DNA from: a plasmid
Sequence record: NZ_LR134454.1
Strand: one strand, 5' to 3'
Length of the DNA stretch: 64,000 nt
Shown here one piece after another: positions 1 to 11,366 of this stretch. Under the pieces are notes generated by a model, which saw only the letters and a list, made by a program, of their open reading frames with translations, was not told the DNA's origin and did not search any database. Made by a program: the position numbers and the translations under genes. Position 1 is the stretch's first letter, and the number at the start of each line of letters is the position of its first letter.

Positions 1-3000
1 CCTCACCTGGTTCGCCGCGCGCGGCGGTACGCCGGACGGCTTCCACCAGTCGGTGCTGGTCCGCACCCCGTCGTCGGTCGACATCGCGACGGTGCACGCG
101 CTGACCCAGGCCGTCCTCGACCGGCACGACGCCCTGCGCGCGGAGATCGGCGAGGCGCCCGGCGGGGGCCTCTCGCTCACCGCGCGGCCCGTCGGCGCGG
201 TCGCCGCCGCCGACGTGGTGGACCGCGTCGACGCCACCGGTCTCTCCTTCGACGAGGTCGGCGCGATGATCGCCGCCCAGCACCGCCGGGTGACGGCCCT
301 GTTGCGCCCGGGCGCACCGTCGCTCCTACGGGTCGTGTGGTTCGACCTGGGCCCCGAGCGGGAGGGCGCGCTGCTGGTCGCGGCGCACCACTTCGTCGTC
401 GACGGCGTCTCCTGGCGCATCCTGCTCACCGACCTCGCAACCGGCTGGCACGCCGCCTCGACGGGCCGGCCCGTGGTGACGGCCCCGGTGGGCAGCTCCT
501 TCCGCCGCTGGGCGACGGTGCTCGCCGACCGCGCCGGGCAGGTGGGCCCGGACGAGCTCGCGTACTGGCGGTCCGTGCTCGACGGTGCGCCGTCCCTGGT
601 CGACGGTGCGCTGGACCCGACCCGCGACACCCACGGTTCCGCCGGCCATGCCGAACTGACCCTGTCCGCCGACGTCGCCGCGCCGTTGCTCGGCGCGGTG
701 CCCGAGGCGTTCCACGCGGGCGTGCAGGACGTGCTCCTCGCGGCCTTCGCGACCGCGGTGACCGCTTGGGCGGGCGAGCGCGGACGCGACGCCGAATCGG
801 CGCTCGTCGAGGTGGAGACGCACGGCCGCGACGAGACCCTGGCCCCCGGCCTGGATCTCACGCGCACCGTCGGCTGGTTCACCAACGTCCACCCGCTGCG
901 GCTGCGGCCGGGCGCGGGTGCCGACGCCGCCGCGGCGGTCAAGAACATCAAGGAGCAGCTGCGGACCGTCCCGGACGGCGGTATCGGCTACGGCCTCGCG
1001 CGGTTCGGCGGCGCCGCGGCGGCGCAGGAGTTCGCGGGACTGCCGCAGCCGGAGATCGGCTTCAACTACCTGGGCCGCACGACCGGCGCGAGCGACCGCG
1101 ACTGGGCGCCCGACCGCCGCTTCCCCGACCTCTCCCCGGCGCCCGACGGGCTCGCGCTGCTGCACGCCGTGGAGGTGAACGCGGTCGCCCGCGACGGCGC
1201 CGACGGGCCGGAGCTCGTCGCGTCGTGGACGTGGGCGCCCGCGCTCGTCGACGAGGACGCGGTGCGCCGCCTCGGCGCGCTGTGGTTCGACGCCCTGCGC
1301 GGCGTCGTGGCCGCGGCCGACGACGCCGGCGGGCACACGCCCTCCGACTTCCCGCTGGTCGCCCTCACCGCGGCGCAGGTCGAGCGGCTCGACGAGCGCT
1401 ACCCGGGCCTGCAGGACGTGCTGCCGCTGACCGCGCTGCAGCAGGGCTTCCGGTATCACGCGGAGCTCGGCGACGCCGACGACGAACGGCCCGACCCGTA
1501 CGTGGTGCAGACGGTGATCGACTTCGCGGGCGCCCTCGACGAGGGCCGCTTCGCGGCGTCGGTCGCGGCGCTCCTGGCCCGCCGCGAGGCGCTGCGCGCC
1601 CGGTTCGTCGCCGACGGCCTCGACGCGCCCGTCCAGGTCATCGCCGCCCCCGGGCCCGCGCCCTACCGGTACGAGGATGTGCGCGCGGACGACGACCCGG
1701 AGGGCCGGTTCGCCGAACTCGCCGCGGCCGAGCGGCGCCGCGGCTTCCGCCTCGACCGCGACCTCGGCATGCGGTTCCTTCTGGTCCGGGTGGGGGAGCG
1801 GGACTTCCGGCTGGTGGTGACCAACCACCACATCCTGTGGGACGGCTGGTCGGCTCCGGTGATCTTCCGCGACCTGCTGGCCGGCTACGCGGGCCTCGAC
1901 CCCGACGCCGCCGGCGTCCCGCGGGCGACGCTGCGCGACTACTTCACCTGGCTGCGGGGCCGCGACGGCGACGCCGCGCGCACCGCGTGGGCCGCCGAGC
2001 TCGACGGCCTCGACGAGCCGACGCTCGTCGCCCGCGACCTCCCGCGCGCGCACCCGAGCGGCGCCGCGCGCGGGCCCGGAGCCGACGGCGGACCGTCGGG
2101 CCCGGAGCAGGACGAGGTCCGCGCGACCATCCCCGCCAACCTGACCGCGGCCGTCACGCGCCTCGCGGGCCGCCTCGGCGCCACGCCGGGGGCGGTGCTG
2201 CAGGCCACCTGGGCGATCGCGCTCGGCGGCGCGACGGGCCGCGGCGACGTGGTCTTCGGCTCCGTGCAGTCGGGCCGCCCCGCGCAGCTCGACGGCGTCG
2301 AGGACCTGGTCGGCCTCCTCATCACCACCTCCCCGGTGCGGGTGGACCTGGACCCGCGGCGCACCGTCCGCGAGGTCGCGCTCGGCGTGCAGGAGCAGTA
2401 CGTGCGCCTGCTCGACCACCAGCACCTCGGGCTGACGGGCATCGCCCGCGCGGCCGGGCGGGACGAGCTCTTCGACTCGCTGTTCGTGGTGGAGAACTAC
2501 CCGTCGACCGCGGGCGCGACGATCCCCGGCACCGATGTCGAGGTCGTCGACGTGCGCGGCGACGACGCCACCCACTACCCGCTGTCCGTCGCCGTGGTCC
2601 CGGGCGAGACCCTGCACGTCCGCGCGGGCTTCCGCACCGACGCGGTGGACCGCGCGGCCGTCGAGGACCTCCTCGACCGGTGGCGCCGGATCCTGACCGC
2701 CGCGGTCGCGCGCCCCGACGCCCGGCTCGCCGACATCGACGGCGCAGGGGAGACCGAGCGGCTGCTGGTGCGGCGCTGGGGCGGCGCGATCGGCGGCGTG
2801 CCCGCCCGCACCCTGCCCGAGCTGTTCGCGCGCCGCGCCGCGGCCCGGCCGAAGTCCCGGGCCGTCGCGGGCGAGGGCACGCCCCTCACCTACGCCGAGC
2901 TCGACGCGCTCTCGAACCGGTGGGCGCGCCGCTTCCTCGCCGAGGGCGTCGGCCCGGGCGACGTGGTCGCCGTGACCGCGCCCCGCTCGATCGGCTTCGT

Positions 3001-5638
3001 CGCCGTCGTGCTCGGCGTCGCGAAGGCCGGCGGCGCGTTCCTGCCCATCGACGCCGCGACGCCGCGGGAGCGGATCGAGGCCATGTTCGCCGACGCGCAC
3101 CCCGTCCTCGAGGTCGACGGTGCGCTGCTCGACGCGGGGCCCGGCGGGGACGCGGGCGAGGAGCCCGTCACCGACGCCGACCGGCGTGCTCCCCTGACCC
3201 CGCAGGACGCGGCCTACGTCATCTTCACCTCGGGCTCGACGGGCACGCCCAAGGGCGTCACCGTCACCCACGCCGGCCTCGCCGACCTGGTGCGGACCTT
3301 CGACGAGCTGGATCTCGGGCCGGGGACCCGGATGCTGCACAACGCGTCCGTCGGCTTCGACGCCGCGGTCTGGGAGCTGCTGTGCGCGCTCGGCACGGGC
3401 GGCACGCTGGTCGTCTCGGCGACGGTGCGCGCGGGCCGCGAGCTCGCCGCCTTCGTCGAGAAGTACCGGGTCACCAACGCGGTGCTCACGCCCTCCGTGC
3501 TGGCGTCGGTGCCGGAGAGGCGGATGCGGGGCCTGACGTCGCTGGTGGTCGCCGCCGAGGCGGTGCCGCGTGCGCTCGTCGACCGCTGGGGCCCCGGCCG
3601 CCGGCTGGTCAACGCCTACGGCCCCACGGAGGCCACGATCGCGGTCTCGTTCGCGCGGATCCGCCCCGGCGAGTCCGGCCCGGTGCCCATCGGCCGCCCC
3701 GTCCGCGGCATGGCGGTCCGGGTGCTCGACGGCGCCCTCCGCCGCGTCGCGCCCGGCGTCGTGGGCGAGTTGTACGTCGCGGGCGCCGCGGTGGCCCGCG
3801 GCTACGTCGGCCGGCCGGGCCTCACGGCGTCCCGGTTCGTCGCCGACCCGTACGGTGGCGCCGGGACCCGCATGTACCGCACGGGTGACCTGGTCCGGTG
3901 GCTGCCCGACGGGACGCTGGAGTACGTGGGGCGCGCCGACGACCAGGTGAAGATCCGCGGCGTCCGCGTCGAGCTCGGCGAGGTGGAGGCGGCGCTGGCC
4001 GCCTGCCCGGGCGTGAGCGCCGCGGTCGCCGCGGTGCGCGACGGCGCCACCGGTGCGCGGCTCGTCGGGTACGTCGTCGCGCCCGGCCTCGCGCCCGACG
4101 AGGTGACGGCCGCCGTCGCCCGCCGGCTGCCCGCCGCGATGGTCCCGTTCGTCGTGGTGCTCGACGCGCTGCCGCTGACCCCGAGCGGCAAGCTCGACCG
4201 GGCTGCGCTGCCGGAGCCGGTGTTCGCCGCCGCGGCCGGGTACCGGGCCCCCGAGACCGAGGAGGAGCGGGCCATGGTCGCGCTGTTCGAGTCGGTCCTC
4301 GAGGCCGAGGGCGTGGGCCTGGACGACTCCTTCTTCGAGCTGGGCGGCGACTCGTTGTCGCTGATGCGGCTCGTGGACCGCGTGGACGTCGACTTCGGGG
4401 TCCGCGTCCCGATCGTGGGGCTGTTCGAGAGCGCCACCCCGGCGTCGGTGCTCGCGTCGCTGTCGGCGGCGGGAGGGGCGCGCGCCGGCGTCGAGGTCCC
4501 CGTCGACGACGTGCGGTTCGCGCCGGCCACGCCCGACGTGGTGCCGAGCGGGCACGAGGTCCTCGTCACCGGCGCCACCGGCCTGCTGGGCGGGCACCTG
4601 ATCCGGGCCGTGCTCGAGGCGGACCCCGCGGCGCGCGTGCGGGCCCTGGTCCGCGCCCGCGACGAGGCGTCGGGGCTGGAGCGGATCCGCGCGACGATGC
4701 GGGGCTACGGCTCCTGGTCGGACGGCTACGAGGACCGCATCACCGCGCTCCCCGGCGACCTCGCCGAGCCGGGCCTGGGCGTGGACGCGGCCGTGTGGGA
4801 TCGCGTCATCGAGCAGGTCGACGCGATCATCCACTGCGGCGCGCGGGTCAACCACGTCGAGCCCTACCCGCGGCTGCGGGCCGCCAACGTCGACTCCACG
4901 CGGTTCCTGCTGGAGCTGGCCTCGCGGCGGCCGGGGACGGTCTTCCAGTTCGTCTCCACCATCTCCGCCGCGGGCGCCTTCGAGGAGATCCCCGACGCCG
5001 GGTACACGCACTCGAAGTGGGTGGCCGAGCGGGTCGTGGAGCTCGCGGCGGCGAGCGGCGTCCCGTCGACGATCCTGCGTCCCGGCCTCCTGACGGGCGC
5101 CCTGGACTCGGGCGCGACGAACACGGACGACGCCTTCTGGAACCTGGTGCGGTCGATCGCGACGGTCGGCGCGGCACCGTCGGAGCTGCTGGACCAGACG
5201 ATCGAGATGACCCCCGTCGACCGCGCCGCGGAGGCGATGGTCGAGGTCCTCCGCACGGGCGACGAGCCGCTGCGGACGCTCGAGGTGGGCAGCGGCTCGC
5301 GGGTGAGCTGGCGGGAGATCGTCGGGGCGCTGCGCCGCGGCGGCTATCCCGTCGAGGCGGTGCCGGGGCACGTCTTCCTGGAGCGGCAGACCGCCGCGTT
5401 CCGCGACCGGCCGGAGGTGGCGGGGGCGCTCGCGCGCGCCATTCTGCTCATCCGTGCAGGTCTGGAGCGTGAGACCGTCGGCGAGGGTGGCGGCTGGACC
5501 CCGACGAGCGCCGCCGACGGGCGGATCGGGCTCGACGGTGACCGGGGTCCCGTCGGGGACGCCGGGCTCGACGTCTACGTCGACTACTTGGTGCGCATCG
5601 GCTTCCTCCCGCGCGTGGGGAAAGGGGCCGAGGTGTGA
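1..5638 (+). CDS. Non-ribosomal peptide synthetase, 5'-partial, final module with domain order E(or C)-C-A-PCP-thioester reductase (reductive release)
   Basis: The frame is open from nt 2 to the window edge. Motifs seen: [10 protein letters not shown] (E/C His motif); LPLTALQQG plus HHILWDGWS (condensation domain); [17 protein letters not shown] and [13 protein letters not shown] (adenylation core); [11 protein letters not shown] (PCP Ser); [12 protein letters not shown] Rossmann and YTHSKW (terminal SDR-type reductase). Confidence 0.85.
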   Translation, partial: LTWFAARGGTPDGFHQSVLVRTPSSVDIATVHALTQAVLDRHDALRAEIGEAPGGGLSLTARPVGAVAAADVVDRVDATGLSFDEVGAMIAAQHRRVTALLRPGAPSLLRVVWFDLGPEREGALLVAAHHFVVDGVSWRILLTDLATGWHAASTGRPVVTAPVGSSFRRWATVLADRAGQVGPDELAYWRSVLDGAPSLVDGALDPTRDTHGSAGHAELTLSADVAAPLLGAVPEAFHAGVQDVLLAAFATAVTAWAGERGRDAESALVEVETHGRDETLAPGLDLTRTVGWFTNVHPLRLRPGAGADAAAAVKNIKEQLRTVPDGGIGYGLARFGGAAAAQEFAGLPQPEIGFNYLGRTTGASDRDWAPDRRFPDLSPAPDGLALLHAVEVNAVARDGADGPELVASWTWAPALVDEDAVRRLGALWFDALRGVVAAADDAGGHTPSDFPLVALTAAQVERLDERYPGLQDVLPLTALQQGFRYHAELGDADDERPDPYVVQTVIDFAGALDEGRFAASVAALLARREALRARFVADGLDAPVQVIAAPGPAPYRYEDVRADDDPEGRFAELAAAERRRGFRLDRDLGMRFLLVRVGERDFRLVVTNHHILWDGWSAPVIFRDLLAGYAGLDPDAAGVPRATLRDYFTWLRGRDGDAARTAWAAELDGLDEPTLVARDLPRAHPSGAARGPGADGGPSGPEQDEVRATIPANLTAAVTRLAGRLGATPGAVLQATWAIALGGATGRGDVVFGSVQSGRPAQLDGVEDLVGLLITTSPVRVDLDPRRTVREVALGVQEQYVRLLDHQHLGLTGIARAAGRDELFDSLFVVENYPSTAGATIPGTDVEVVDVRGDDATHYPLSVAVVPGETLHVRAGFRTDAVDRAAVEDLLDRWRRILTAAVARPDARLADIDGAGETERLLVRRWGGAIGGVPARTLPELFARRAAARPKSRAVAGEGTPLTYAELDALSNRWARRFLAEGVGPGDVVAVTAPRSIGFVAVVLGVAKAGGAFLPIDAATPRERIEAMFADAHPVLEVDGALLDAGPGGDAGEEPVTDADRRAPLTPQDAAYVIFTSGSTGTPKGVTVTHAGLADLVRTFDELDLGPGTRMLHNASVGFDAAVWELLCALGTGGTLVVSATVRAGRELAAFVEKYRVTNAVLTPSVLASVPERRMRGLTSLVVAAEAVPRALVDRWGPGRRLVNAYGPTEATIAVSFARIRPGESGPVPIGRPVRGMAVRVLDGALRRVAPGVVGELYVAGAAVARGYVGRPGLTASRFVADPYGGAGTRMYRTGDLVRWLPDGTLEYVGRADDQVKIRGVRVELGEVEAALAACPGVSAAVAAVRDGATGARLVGYVVAPGLAPDEVTAAVARRLPAAMVPFVVVLDALPLTPSGKLDRAALPEPVFAAAAGYRAPETEEERAMVALFESVLEAEGVGLDDSFFELGGDSLSLMRLVDRVDVDFGVRVPIVGLFESATPASVLASLSAAGGARAGVEVPVDDVRFAPATPDVVPSGHEVLVTGATGLLGGHLIRAVLEADPAARVRALVRARDEASGLERIRATMRGYGSWSDGYEDRITALPGDLAEPGLGVDAAVWDRVIEQVDAIIHCGARVNHVEPYPRLRAANVDSTRFLLELASRRPGTVFQFVSTISAAGAFEEIPDAGYTHSKWVAERVVELAAASGVPSTILRPGLLTGALDSGATNTDDAFWNLVRSIATVGAAPSELLDQTIEMTPVDRAAEAMVEVLRTGDEPLRTLEVGSGSRVSWREIVGALRRGGYPVEAVPGHVFLERQTAAFRDRPEVAGALARAILLIRAGLERETVGEGGGWTPTSAADGRIGLDGDRGPVGDAGLDVYVDYLVRIGFLPRVGKGAEV

Positions 5639-5716
5639 TGTGAGATGTTGCACGTCACCCTCGGTTCTGTGACCTTGCCCGATGTGTGACACTGGTTCAA
5701 AGGTTCGTATGCGACT

Positions 5717-7576
5717 TTGGAGATGACACCTATGACGTCAGCCACGATTCCCGGCCTCGAGGGGGATTCGGTCCCCACGAAGCACGCCCAGCTCGTCGAG
5801 TGGGTGCGCGAGGTCGCCGAGCTCACGCAGCCCGACCGCGTGGTGTGGGCCGACGGTTCGGACGCCGAATGGGATCGCCTGACCGCCGAGATGGTCGCCG
5901 CGGGCACGTTCACCAAGCTGAACGACGCGAAGAAGCCCAACTCCTTCCTCGCACTGTCGGACCCGGCGGACGTGGCGCGCGTGGAGTCGCGCACCTACAT
6001 CTGTTCGGAGACCAAGGAGGGCGCGGGCCCGACGAACAACTGGGTCCGTCCCGCCGAGATGCGCGCGACGATGACCGACCTCTACCGCGGCTCGATGCAG
6101 GGCCGCACCATGTACGTGGTGCCCTTCTGCATGGGCCCGCTGGGCGCCGACGACCCGAAGCTGGGCGTCGAGCTGACCGACAGCCCCTACGTGGTGGTCT
6201 CGATGAAGATCATGACCCGCATGGGCACCGCGGTGCTGGAGAAGCTGGGCGACGAGGGCTTCTTCGTCAAGGCCATCCACTCCGTGGGCAAGCCGCTCGC
6301 GCCGGGCGAGGCCGACGTGGCGTGGCCCTGCAGCGAGACCAAGTACATCACCCACTTCCCCGAGACCCGCGAGATCTGGTCGTACGGCTCGGGGTACGGC
6401 GGCAACGCGCTGCTGGGCAAGAAGTGCTACGCGCTGCGCATCGCCTCGGCCATGGCGCACGACGAGGGCTGGCTCGCCGAGCACATGCTGATCCTCAAGC
6501 TGATCTCGCCGGAGGACAAGGTCTACTACATCGCCGCGGCGTTCCCGTCGGCCTGCGGTAAGACCAACCTCGCGATGATCCAGCCGACCCTGCCGGGCTG
6601 GCGCGCCGAGACCGTCGGCGACGACATCGCCTGGATGCGCTTCGGCAAGGACGGCCGCCTGTACGCGGTGAACCCGGAGTTCGGCTTCTTCGGCGTCGCC
6701 CCGGGCACGTCGATGGACTCGAACCCGAACGCGATGAAGACCATCGACGCCGGAAACACCATCTTCACCAACGTCGCCAAGACCGACGACGGCGACGTCT
6801 GGTGGGAGGGCATGTCGGCCGCGCCGCAGCACCTGACCGACTGGCGCGGCGACGACTGGGAGAGCTCCTCCGCCGAGAACGAGGACGGCGTCGTCACCGT
6901 CGCCGCGCACCCGAACTCGCGGTACACCACCCCGATGTCGCAGTGCCCGTCGATCGCCCCCGAGTGGGACGACCCGCAGGGCGTGCCGATCTCGGCCATC
7001 CTGTTCGGCGGCCGCCGCAAGACGACGGTGCCGCTGGTCACGCAGGCGCGCGACTGGAAGCACGGCGTCTTCATGGGCGCGACCGTCGGCTCGGAGCAGA
7101 CCGCCGCCGCCGAGGGCAAGGTGGGCACCGTCCGCCGCGACCCGATGGCGATGCTGCCCTTCCTGGGCTACAACGTGGGCGACTACTTCGACCACTGGCT
7201 CACCATCGGCAAGCAGGCCGACGAGTCGAAGCTGCCGGCCGTGTTCTACGTGAACTGGTTCCGCCGCGGCGAGGACAAGCGCTTCCTGTGGCCCGGATTC
7301 GGCGAGAACAGCCGCGTGCTGAAGTGGATCGTCGACCGCATCGAGGGCAACGCCGCCGGCAAGGAGACGCCGATCGGCATCGTCGCCACCCCGGAGGAGC
7401 TGGACCTCACCGGCCTGGACACCCCGGTCGCCGACGTCGCCGAGGCGCTGGCCGTGAACGTCGACGAGTGGAAGGGCGAGCTGCCGTCGATCGACGAGTG
7501 GTTCGAGTTCGTCGGCGACAAGCTGCCCACCGGCCTCAAGGACGAGCTGGACGCGCTCAAGCAGCGCCTGGGCTGA
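5717..7576 (+). CDS. pckG: GTP-dependent phosphoenolpyruvate carboxykinase
   Basis: The 619-aa product is collinear with actinobacterial PckG. It has the [10 protein letters not shown]-terminus, the kinase-1a region ([17 protein letters not shown]) and the GDD..AWM and FGGRR motifs. Confidence 0.95.
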   Translation: MEMTPMTSATIPGLEGDSVPTKHAQLVEWVREVAELTQPDRVVWADGSDAEWDRLTAEMVAAGTFTKLNDAKKPNSFLALSDPADVARVESRTYICSETKEGAGPTNNWVRPAEMRATMTDLYRGSMQGRTMYVVPFCMGPLGADDPKLGVELTDSPYVVVSMKIMTRMGTAVLEKLGDEGFFVKAIHSVGKPLAPGEADVAWPCSETKYITHFPETREIWSYGSGYGGNALLGKKCYALRIASAMAHDEGWLAEHMLILKLISPEDKVYYIAAAFPSACGKTNLAMIQPTLPGWRAETVGDDIAWMRFGKDGRLYAVNPEFGFFGVAPGTSMDSNPNAMKTIDAGNTIFTNVAKTDDGDVWWEGMSAAPQHLTDWRGDDWESSSAENEDGVVTVAAHPNSRYTTPMSQCPSIAPEWDDPQGVPISAILFGGRRKTTVPLVTQARDWKHGVFMGATVGSEQTAAAEGKVGTVRRDPMAMLPFLGYNVGDYFDHWLTIGKQADESKLPAVFYVNWFRRGEDKRFLWPGFGENSRVLKWIVDRIEGNAAGKETPIGIVATPEELDLTGLDTPVADVAEALAVNVDEWKGELPSIDEWFEFVGDKLPTGLKDELDALKQRLG

Positions 7577-7587
7577 TCCCCTGACAC

Positions 7588-7625
7588 GCACTGCGCCCCC
7601 GCCGAGACCGGCGGGGGCGCAGTGC
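7588..7625. terminator. Perfect 16-bp stem / 6-nt loop hairpin between convergent pckG and the acyl-CoA synthetase gene; likely bidirectional terminator
   Basis: gcactgcgcccccgcc-gagacc-ggcgggggcgcagtgc, read directly in the sequence. It lies 12 nt after the pckG stop. Confidence 0.6.
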
Positions 7626-7655
7626 TGTCCGGGCTACCGCAGACGGCGCTCCGCG

Positions 7656-9188
7656 TCAGGAGCGCGACCAGTCCCGCTGCCGCAGGTCGCGCTTGAGGAT
7701 CTTCCCCGCGCCGGAGACGGGCAGTGCCTCGACGAAGGCGACGGACCGCGGCAGTTTGTAGTTCGCGATGTGCACGCGCGCGAAGTCCCGGAGCTCGTCG
7801 CCGGTGACGGACGCGCCGGGGGCTAGCACGACGACGGCGTGCACCCGCTCGCCCCACTCCTCGTCGGGCACGCCGATCACGGCGACCTGCGCGACCGCGG
7901 GGTGCTTGGCGAGCGCGTTCTCGACCTCCACCGAGTAGACGTTCTCGCCGCCGGTGATCACCATGTCCTTGATGCGGTCGGCCACGAAGACGTATCCGTC
8001 CTCGTTCATGTAGCCAGCGTCGCCGGTGTGCATCCACCCGCCGCGCAGCGCCTCGGCGGTCTCGGTCTCCTTGTTCCAGTAGCCCGCCATGAGGTGGTCG
8101 CCGCGGGCGACGATCTCGCCCACCTCGCCACGCGGCAGTTCGACGTCGTCGGGGCCCACGATCCGCACCTCGGAGTGTGCTGCCGGGCGGCCGCAGCTGC
8201 GCCGTAGAGCGGGGTCGTCGTGGTCCTCGGCGGTGAGGAGGGTGGCGACGGGGGCCAGTTCCGTCATTCCGTAGGCCTGCGTGAGCCGCGCCTCCGGAAG
8301 CAGCGCGTGTGTCCGCTCGAGCACGGCCTCGGAGATCGGCGAGGCGCCGTACATGATCCGGGTCAGGCTCGACAGATCCGCGGACCGTCCCTCGGGGGAG
8401 TCGATGAGCATCTGGATCATCGTGGGCACGAGCAGGGCGTCCGTCACGCGGTGTTCCTCGATCGCGGCGGCCACCCCCGCCGGTGTGAACGACGGGACCA
8501 TGACGTGCGTGGCCCTCGTGAGGCACGCGATGGTCCACGCCGCGAGGTCGGCGAGGTGGAACATGGGCGCCGCGTGCAGGAGGACACCGCCGCGGTTGAG
8601 CATGCCGGTGGTGACCAGCGAGCCCATCGCCGACGTGAGGCACGCGCGGTGGGAGAGCATCACGCCCTTCGGGGTGCCGGTGGTGCCGCCGGTGTAGAAG
8701 ATCCCGTACAGGTCGTCGCCGTGACGCCGGGCGTCCTCGATCGGTGCGGTGGAGGCGATCAGTGCCTCGTAGCCGAGCATCCCGGCGGGGACCGCGCCCT
8801 CGCCCGCGTGGATCACCGACGTCACGTTCGGTGCGAGGGCACGCAGCTCCGGGACGAGGGGGGCGAACGCGTCGTCGACCACCAGGAGGTCCGTCCCGCA
8901 GTCGGCGAGGGAGTAGGCGATCTCGGCGGCGCTCCAGCGCACGTTGACCGGATTGACCACGCATCCCGCCCAGGGCGTCGCGAGCAGGACCTCGTGGTAA
9001 CGGTCGCTGTTGAGCGACAGGATGCCGATCCGGTCACCGTCCTGTGCGCCCAGGCCGCGGAACGCGCCCGCGAGCCGCGCGACCCGGTCGGCCGTCTCGG
9101 CGGCCGTGCGGCGGCGGTCGCGGTACACCGTCACCACGTGCTGGGGCACGGCCTGTGCGGTCTGGGACAGCGATTGTGTGATCTGCAC
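7656..9188 (-). CDS. Acyl-CoA synthetase / fatty-acid--CoA ligase (FadD family)
   Basis: AMP-binding motifs YTGGTTGTPKGV, YGMTE, TGDAGYMNEDGY and GKILKRDLR; 510 aa. Confidence 0.85.
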   Translation of the reverse strand: MQITQSLSQTAQAVPQHVVTVYRDRRRTAAETADRVARLAGAFRGLGAQDGDRIGILSLNSDRYHEVLLATPWAGCVVNPVNVRWSAAEIAYSLADCGTDLLVVDDAFAPLVPELRALAPNVTSVIHAGEGAVPAGMLGYEALIASTAPIEDARRHGDDLYGIFYTGGTTGTPKGVMLSHRACLTSAMGSLVTTGMLNRGGVLLHAAPMFHLADLAAWTIACLTRATHVMVPSFTPAGVAAAIEEHRVTDALLVPTMIQMLIDSPEGRSADLSSLTRIMYGASPISEAVLERTHALLPEARLTQAYGMTELAPVATLLTAEDHDDPALRRSCGRPAAHSEVRIVGPDDVELPRGEVGEIVARGDHLMAGYWNKETETAEALRGGWMHTGDAGYMNEDGYVFVADRIKDMVITGGENVYSVEVENALAKHPAVAQVAVIGVPDEEWGERVHAVVVLAPGASVTGDELRDFARVHIANYKLPRSVAFVEALPVSGAGKILKRDLRQRDWSRS

Positions 9189-9247
9189 GGCAATCCTCCG
9201 AGGAGTGAACGGCTACCAGTGTGATGCTGGCTACAACGAGATCGACT

Positions 9248-9275
9248 ATTGCATGTCAGGATGGATCCGTGCAAT
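9248..9275. promoter_or_regulatory. Inverted repeat ATTGCA-N16-TGCAAT in the AT-richer 119-bp divergent promoter region between the fadD-like gene and the ltp-like operon; candidate TetR-type operator
   Basis: The palindrome arms are visible and the centre contains GGATCC. The region sits between divergent start codons at 9188 and 9308. Confidence 0.25.
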
Positions 9276-9307
9276 AAATGTGAATATCCAATCGTACGGA
9301 GGTAGAA

Positions 9308-10489
9308 ATGAGTCGCACATTCGTCGCCGGCGTCGGGATGGTGCCGTTCGCCACCCCGCGCACGGCCGAGCCCTACGACGTGATGGCTCCGGCCGCGATC
9401 CGGGCCGCCCTCACTGATGCGGGCGTCGAGCTCGCGGACGTACAACAGGCCTACGCCGGGTACGTCTACGGCGATTCGACGAGCGGCCAGCGCGCGCTGT
9501 ACCGGGTCGGAACGACGGGGATCCCCGTCGTCAACGTGAACAACAACTGCTCGACCGGCTCGTCCGCGCTCTTCCTCGCGCGCCAGGCCGTCGCGTCCGG
9601 CGCCGCGGACTGCGTGCTCGCCTTCGGTTTCGAGCAGATGGAGCGCGGCGCGCTCGCCATCAAGTGGCCCGACCGGCCGAGCCCGTTCGTCGACTTCATG
9701 GCGATCGCGGAGGAGCGGAACGGTGCCAGTGAAGCGCCGTTCGCCGCTCAGCTCTTCGGCGGCGCGGGCGCCGAGTACGCCGAGCGCTACGGCGTCGCAC
9801 CGGAGACCTTCGCCAAAGTGGCGGTCAAGGCCCGCACCCACGCCGCGAACAACCCGTTCGCGGTGTTCCGGGACCCGGTCACCGTCGAGCAGGTGCTGGC
9901 CTCTCCCCAGATCTTCGGCCCGCTCACGCGCCTGCAGTGCTGCCCGCCCACCTGCGGGGCCGCCGCCGCGATCATCGTCAGCGAGGAGTTCGCCCGCGCC
10001 CGCGGCCTGCGCACGACGGTCGCGATCGCCGCGCAGGCGATGACCACCGACGGTGCCGCGACGTTCGACGGATCGCTGATGAACCTCGTCGGTGCGGACA
10101 TGAGCCGTCGGGCCGCGGACCAGGTGTACGAGGCCGCGGGCGTCGACCCGGGCGACGTGCGGGTCGTGGAGTTGCACGACTGCTTCACGGCGAACGAAAT
10201 CCTCTCGTACGAGTCCCTGCGGCTCACTCCGGACGGGACCGCGGAGAAGTTCATCGAGGACGGCGACAACACCTACGGCGGCGCGGTGGTCACCAATCCA
10301 TCGGGCGGTCTGCTGTCCAAGGGGCATCCCCTCGGCGCGACGGGCCTGGCCCAGTGCGCGGAACTGTCCTGGCAGCTGCGCGGTGAGGCCGGGGCCCGCC
10401 AGGTCGACGGCGCCACCCTCGCCCTGCAGCACAACATCGGGCTCGGCGGTGCGGCCGTCGTGACCCTCTACGAGCGGGGAGACCGATGA
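9308..10489 (+). CDS. Thiolase-like lipid-transfer protein (Ltp/SCP-x thiolase-domain family), non-acetylating
   Basis: MSRTFVAGVGMVPF N-terminus, thiolase fold with the Cys region NNNCSTGSSALF and a C-terminal GHPLGATG motif. RBS ggagg upstream. ATGA overlap with the next gene. Confidence 0.8.
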   Translation: MSRTFVAGVGMVPFATPRTAEPYDVMAPAAIRAALTDAGVELADVQQAYAGYVYGDSTSGQRALYRVGTTGIPVVNVNNNCSTGSSALFLARQAVASGAADCVLAFGFEQMERGALAIKWPDRPSPFVDFMAIAEERNGASEAPFAAQLFGGAGAEYAERYGVAPETFAKVAVKARTHAANNPFAVFRDPVTVEQVLASPQIFGPLTRLQCCPPTCGAAAAIIVSEEFARARGLRTTVAIAAQAMTTDGAATFDGSLMNLVGADMSRRAADQVYEAAGVDPGDVRVVELHDCFTANEILSYESLRLTPDGTAEKFIEDGDNTYGGAVVTNPSGGLLSKGHPLGATGLAQCAELSWQLRGEAGARQVDGATLALQHNIGLGGAAVVTLYERGDR

Positions 10490-10947
10490 GCATCGACCGC
10501 GACGCCGCGCTGGCGCTCGCCCTGCCCGAGTTCCCCGTCGACGTCGAGCGCGGCCGGTTGCGGTTCTTCGCGCAGGCGATCGGCGAGACCGATCCCGTGT
10601 TCACCGATCTCGGCGCCGCCCGCGCCGCGGGCCACCGCGACCTGCCCGCCCCGCCGACCTTCGTCTTCAGCCTCGCGCTGGAGGCGCCGGACCCCTTCGG
10701 CTACCTCGGCGACCTCGGAATCGACCTGCGGCACATCTTGCACGGCGAGCAGCGCTTCGACCACCATGCCGTCGTGTACGCCGGTGACCGGATCACCGTG
10801 CGGGAAAGCATCGTCGACGTCTACGCCAAGAGCGGCGGCGCCCTCGATTTCCTGGTCAAGCGGTCCGAGTTCCTCCGCGACGGCGAGCCGGTCGCCACGG
10901 CCACCTCGACGATCGTCGTCCGTCGCCCGCAGGAGGCCGCCGCATGA
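10486..10947 (+). CDS. MaoC-like hotdog protein, N-terminal-type subunit of a heteromeric enoyl-CoA hydratase
   Basis: 153 aa hotdog-fold sequence (FFAQAIGETDPVF...). Translationally coupled (ATGA) to both neighbours. Architecture resembles the ChsH2(N)/ChsH1 pairing. Confidence 0.65.
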   Translation: MSIDRDAALALALPEFPVDVERGRLRFFAQAIGETDPVFTDLGAARAAGHRDLPAPPTFVFSLALEAPDPFGYLGDLGIDLRHILHGEQRFDHHAVVYAGDRITVRESIVDVYAKSGGALDFLVKRSEFLRDGEPVATATSTIVVRRPQEAAA

Positions 10948-11342
10948 GCGCATCCATCGACGTGGGCACCCAACTGCCCCCGCTCGCCGTCGGTGAGATC
11001 ACGCGCACCACCCTCGCACTGTTCGCGGGCGCGAGCGGCGACCACAACCCCATGCACATCGACCTGGACGTCGCCCGGTCCGCCGGACTCGACGACGTCT
11101 TCGCCCACGGCATGCTCGGCATGGCGCACCTGGGCCGAATGGTGACGGATTGGGCCGGCGTGCAGCGCATCCGCAGCTTCGCGGTGCGGTTCGTCGCCAT
11201 CACGCCCGTGCATGCGGAGCCGGTCTGCCGGGGCACGGTCGTCGCGGTCGACGATGCCGCCGGCACCGCCATCCTGGACCTCACGGTCACCCTCGCCGAC
11301 GGCACCACGACCCTCACGGGCACCGCCGTCGTCGATCTCTGA
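10944..11342 (+). CDS. MaoC-family (R)-specific enoyl-CoA hydratase subunit
   Basis: FAGASGDHNPMHID...AHGM hydratase motif; 132 aa. Confidence 0.75.
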   Translation: MSASIDVGTQLPPLAVGEITRTTLALFAGASGDHNPMHIDLDVARSAGLDDVFAHGMLGMAHLGRMVTDWAGVQRIRSFAVRFVAITPVHAEPVCRGTVVAVDDAAGTAILDLTVTLADGTTTLTGTAVVDL

Positions 11343-11366
11343 CCCCCACCCCGAAGGAGCACAACC

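Noticed and set aside
326-5692. Very long antisense and alternative-frame ORFs across the NRPS gene (e.g. 326-5692 minus, 337-3888 plus, 3898-5472 plus).
   Set aside because: Their products are Arg/Gly/Pro-rich low-complexity with no motifs. They result from >70% GC suppressing stop codons. The NRPS frame carries all canonical domain motifs.
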